Below are positions 6,802 through 7,071 of a DNA stretch of 7,071 bases, one piece after another. Position 1 is the first letter of the stretch; every line of letters begins with the position of its first letter. The stretch covers positions 12,262 to 19,332 of the forward strand of contig CAJNOG010001353.1 of NCBI GenBank assembly GCA_905250045.1, written 5' to 3'. The position numbers were made by a program, and so were the translations under genes. Origin of the DNA: Adineta steineri (lineage: Eukaryota). The notes under the pieces were generated by a model. That model was not told where the DNA came from and ran no database searches. It saw only the letters and a program-made list of their open reading frames with translations.

Positions 6802-6853
6802 CATCTTGAGGGTGTGGGTGATTTTATTATATCACACTCACACCCTCAAGATG
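6802..6853. repeat. Strong isolated stem-loop (15-bp perfect stem plus 5-bp extension)
   Basis: catcttgagggtgtg (6802-6816) pairs perfectly with cacaccctcaagatg (6839-6853). An inner gtgat/atcac helix follows after an asymmetric bulge, and the loop is tttattat. The stem has 8 G:C pairs in an otherwise AT-rich region and is followed by gttttctttc. It lies ~300 nt downstream of the NHL gene stop. Confidence 0.85.
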
Positions 6854-7071
6854 GTTTTCTTTCAATATAAATATAATTACAGATAATAATAAATAAATAG
6901 AATACATTGCTAAACAAAGATACAACATCGATAATCTTCTATAATAAACCTTTTTTCTTCTTCAAGCTCTGTTCCGTTTATTTGTTTGATGAATAATCAT
7001 TAGTATTCAGATTTTCTTTCATGTCATAATAATATAAAATAATGTTTAATGAGGAACCATTTGTTCATTTA

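Noticed and set aside
6802-6863. A rho-independent terminator reading (GC-containing hairpin followed by a T-rich run), and more generally any prokaryotic interpretation such as operons, a CRISPR array or defence islands.
   Set aside because: The window lacks prokaryotic gene density. Its only gene needs spliceosomal introns, and there are no direct-repeat/spacer arrays. The hairpin is reported as a structure of unknown function instead.
6725-6886. A plus-strand ATG ORF of 53 aa (MDNLLFLTSDSNEICEEDFDDKINLNILR...) that might be the first exon of a downstream gene.
   Set aside because: Its second half is the translated hairpin followed by low-complexity AT sequence. Candidate downstream acceptors, such as the one at 6966, run into stops in all frames within a few codons. 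The apparent GT..AG pair at 6812/6850 is a by-product of the palindrome and would give an implausibly short 39-nt intron.
1-7071. tRNA, rRNA or other canonical structured RNA genes.
   Set aside because: I found no T-loop (GGTTCGAATCC-like) motif with matching acceptor and anticodon stems, and no rRNA-like conserved blocks. The ttcgaat at ~6754 has no flanking stems.

Overview
This 7,071-nt window is strongly AT-rich and poor in ORFs. It reads as eukaryotic nuclear DNA, most likely from an invertebrate animal, not as prokaryotic or phage sequence: there is only one long open frame, and it becomes a complete gene only through GT-AG splicing. The one gene I can support is on the + strand. It is a four-exon model (CDS 3926..6504, 1227 nt, 408 aa plus stop) encoding a short N-terminal tail, one transmembrane helix, a Thr/Pro-rich stalk built on a 36-nt tandem duplication, and a six-bladed NHL-repeat beta-propeller. 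Two mini-introns (46 and 54 nt) and one 1,252-nt intron separate the exons. The 3' exon is solid, and the two 5' mini-exons are inferred only from splice-phase consistency. The other ~5.5 kb has no convincing coding sequence but does have non-random structure. There is a 274-bp imperfect foldback inverted repeat (865..1138). A diverged ~250-bp direct repeat pair sits ~1.24 kb apart (2184..2435 and 3400..3670). A very strong isolated hairpin lies ~300 nt downstream of the gene (6802..6853). A promoter-like cluster (perfect CRE palindrome, TATAAA, then an ATG mini-exon with a phase-compatible donor) sits inside the long intron. CACGTG cores appear more often than I would expect. I see no rRNA, tRNA, CRISPR array, operon or multi-gene system, so I cannot support a claim that the window holds a novel defence-type or multi-component system. 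All coordinates were counted by hand and could be off by 1-2 nt. All family assignments come from motif recognition, not from searches.
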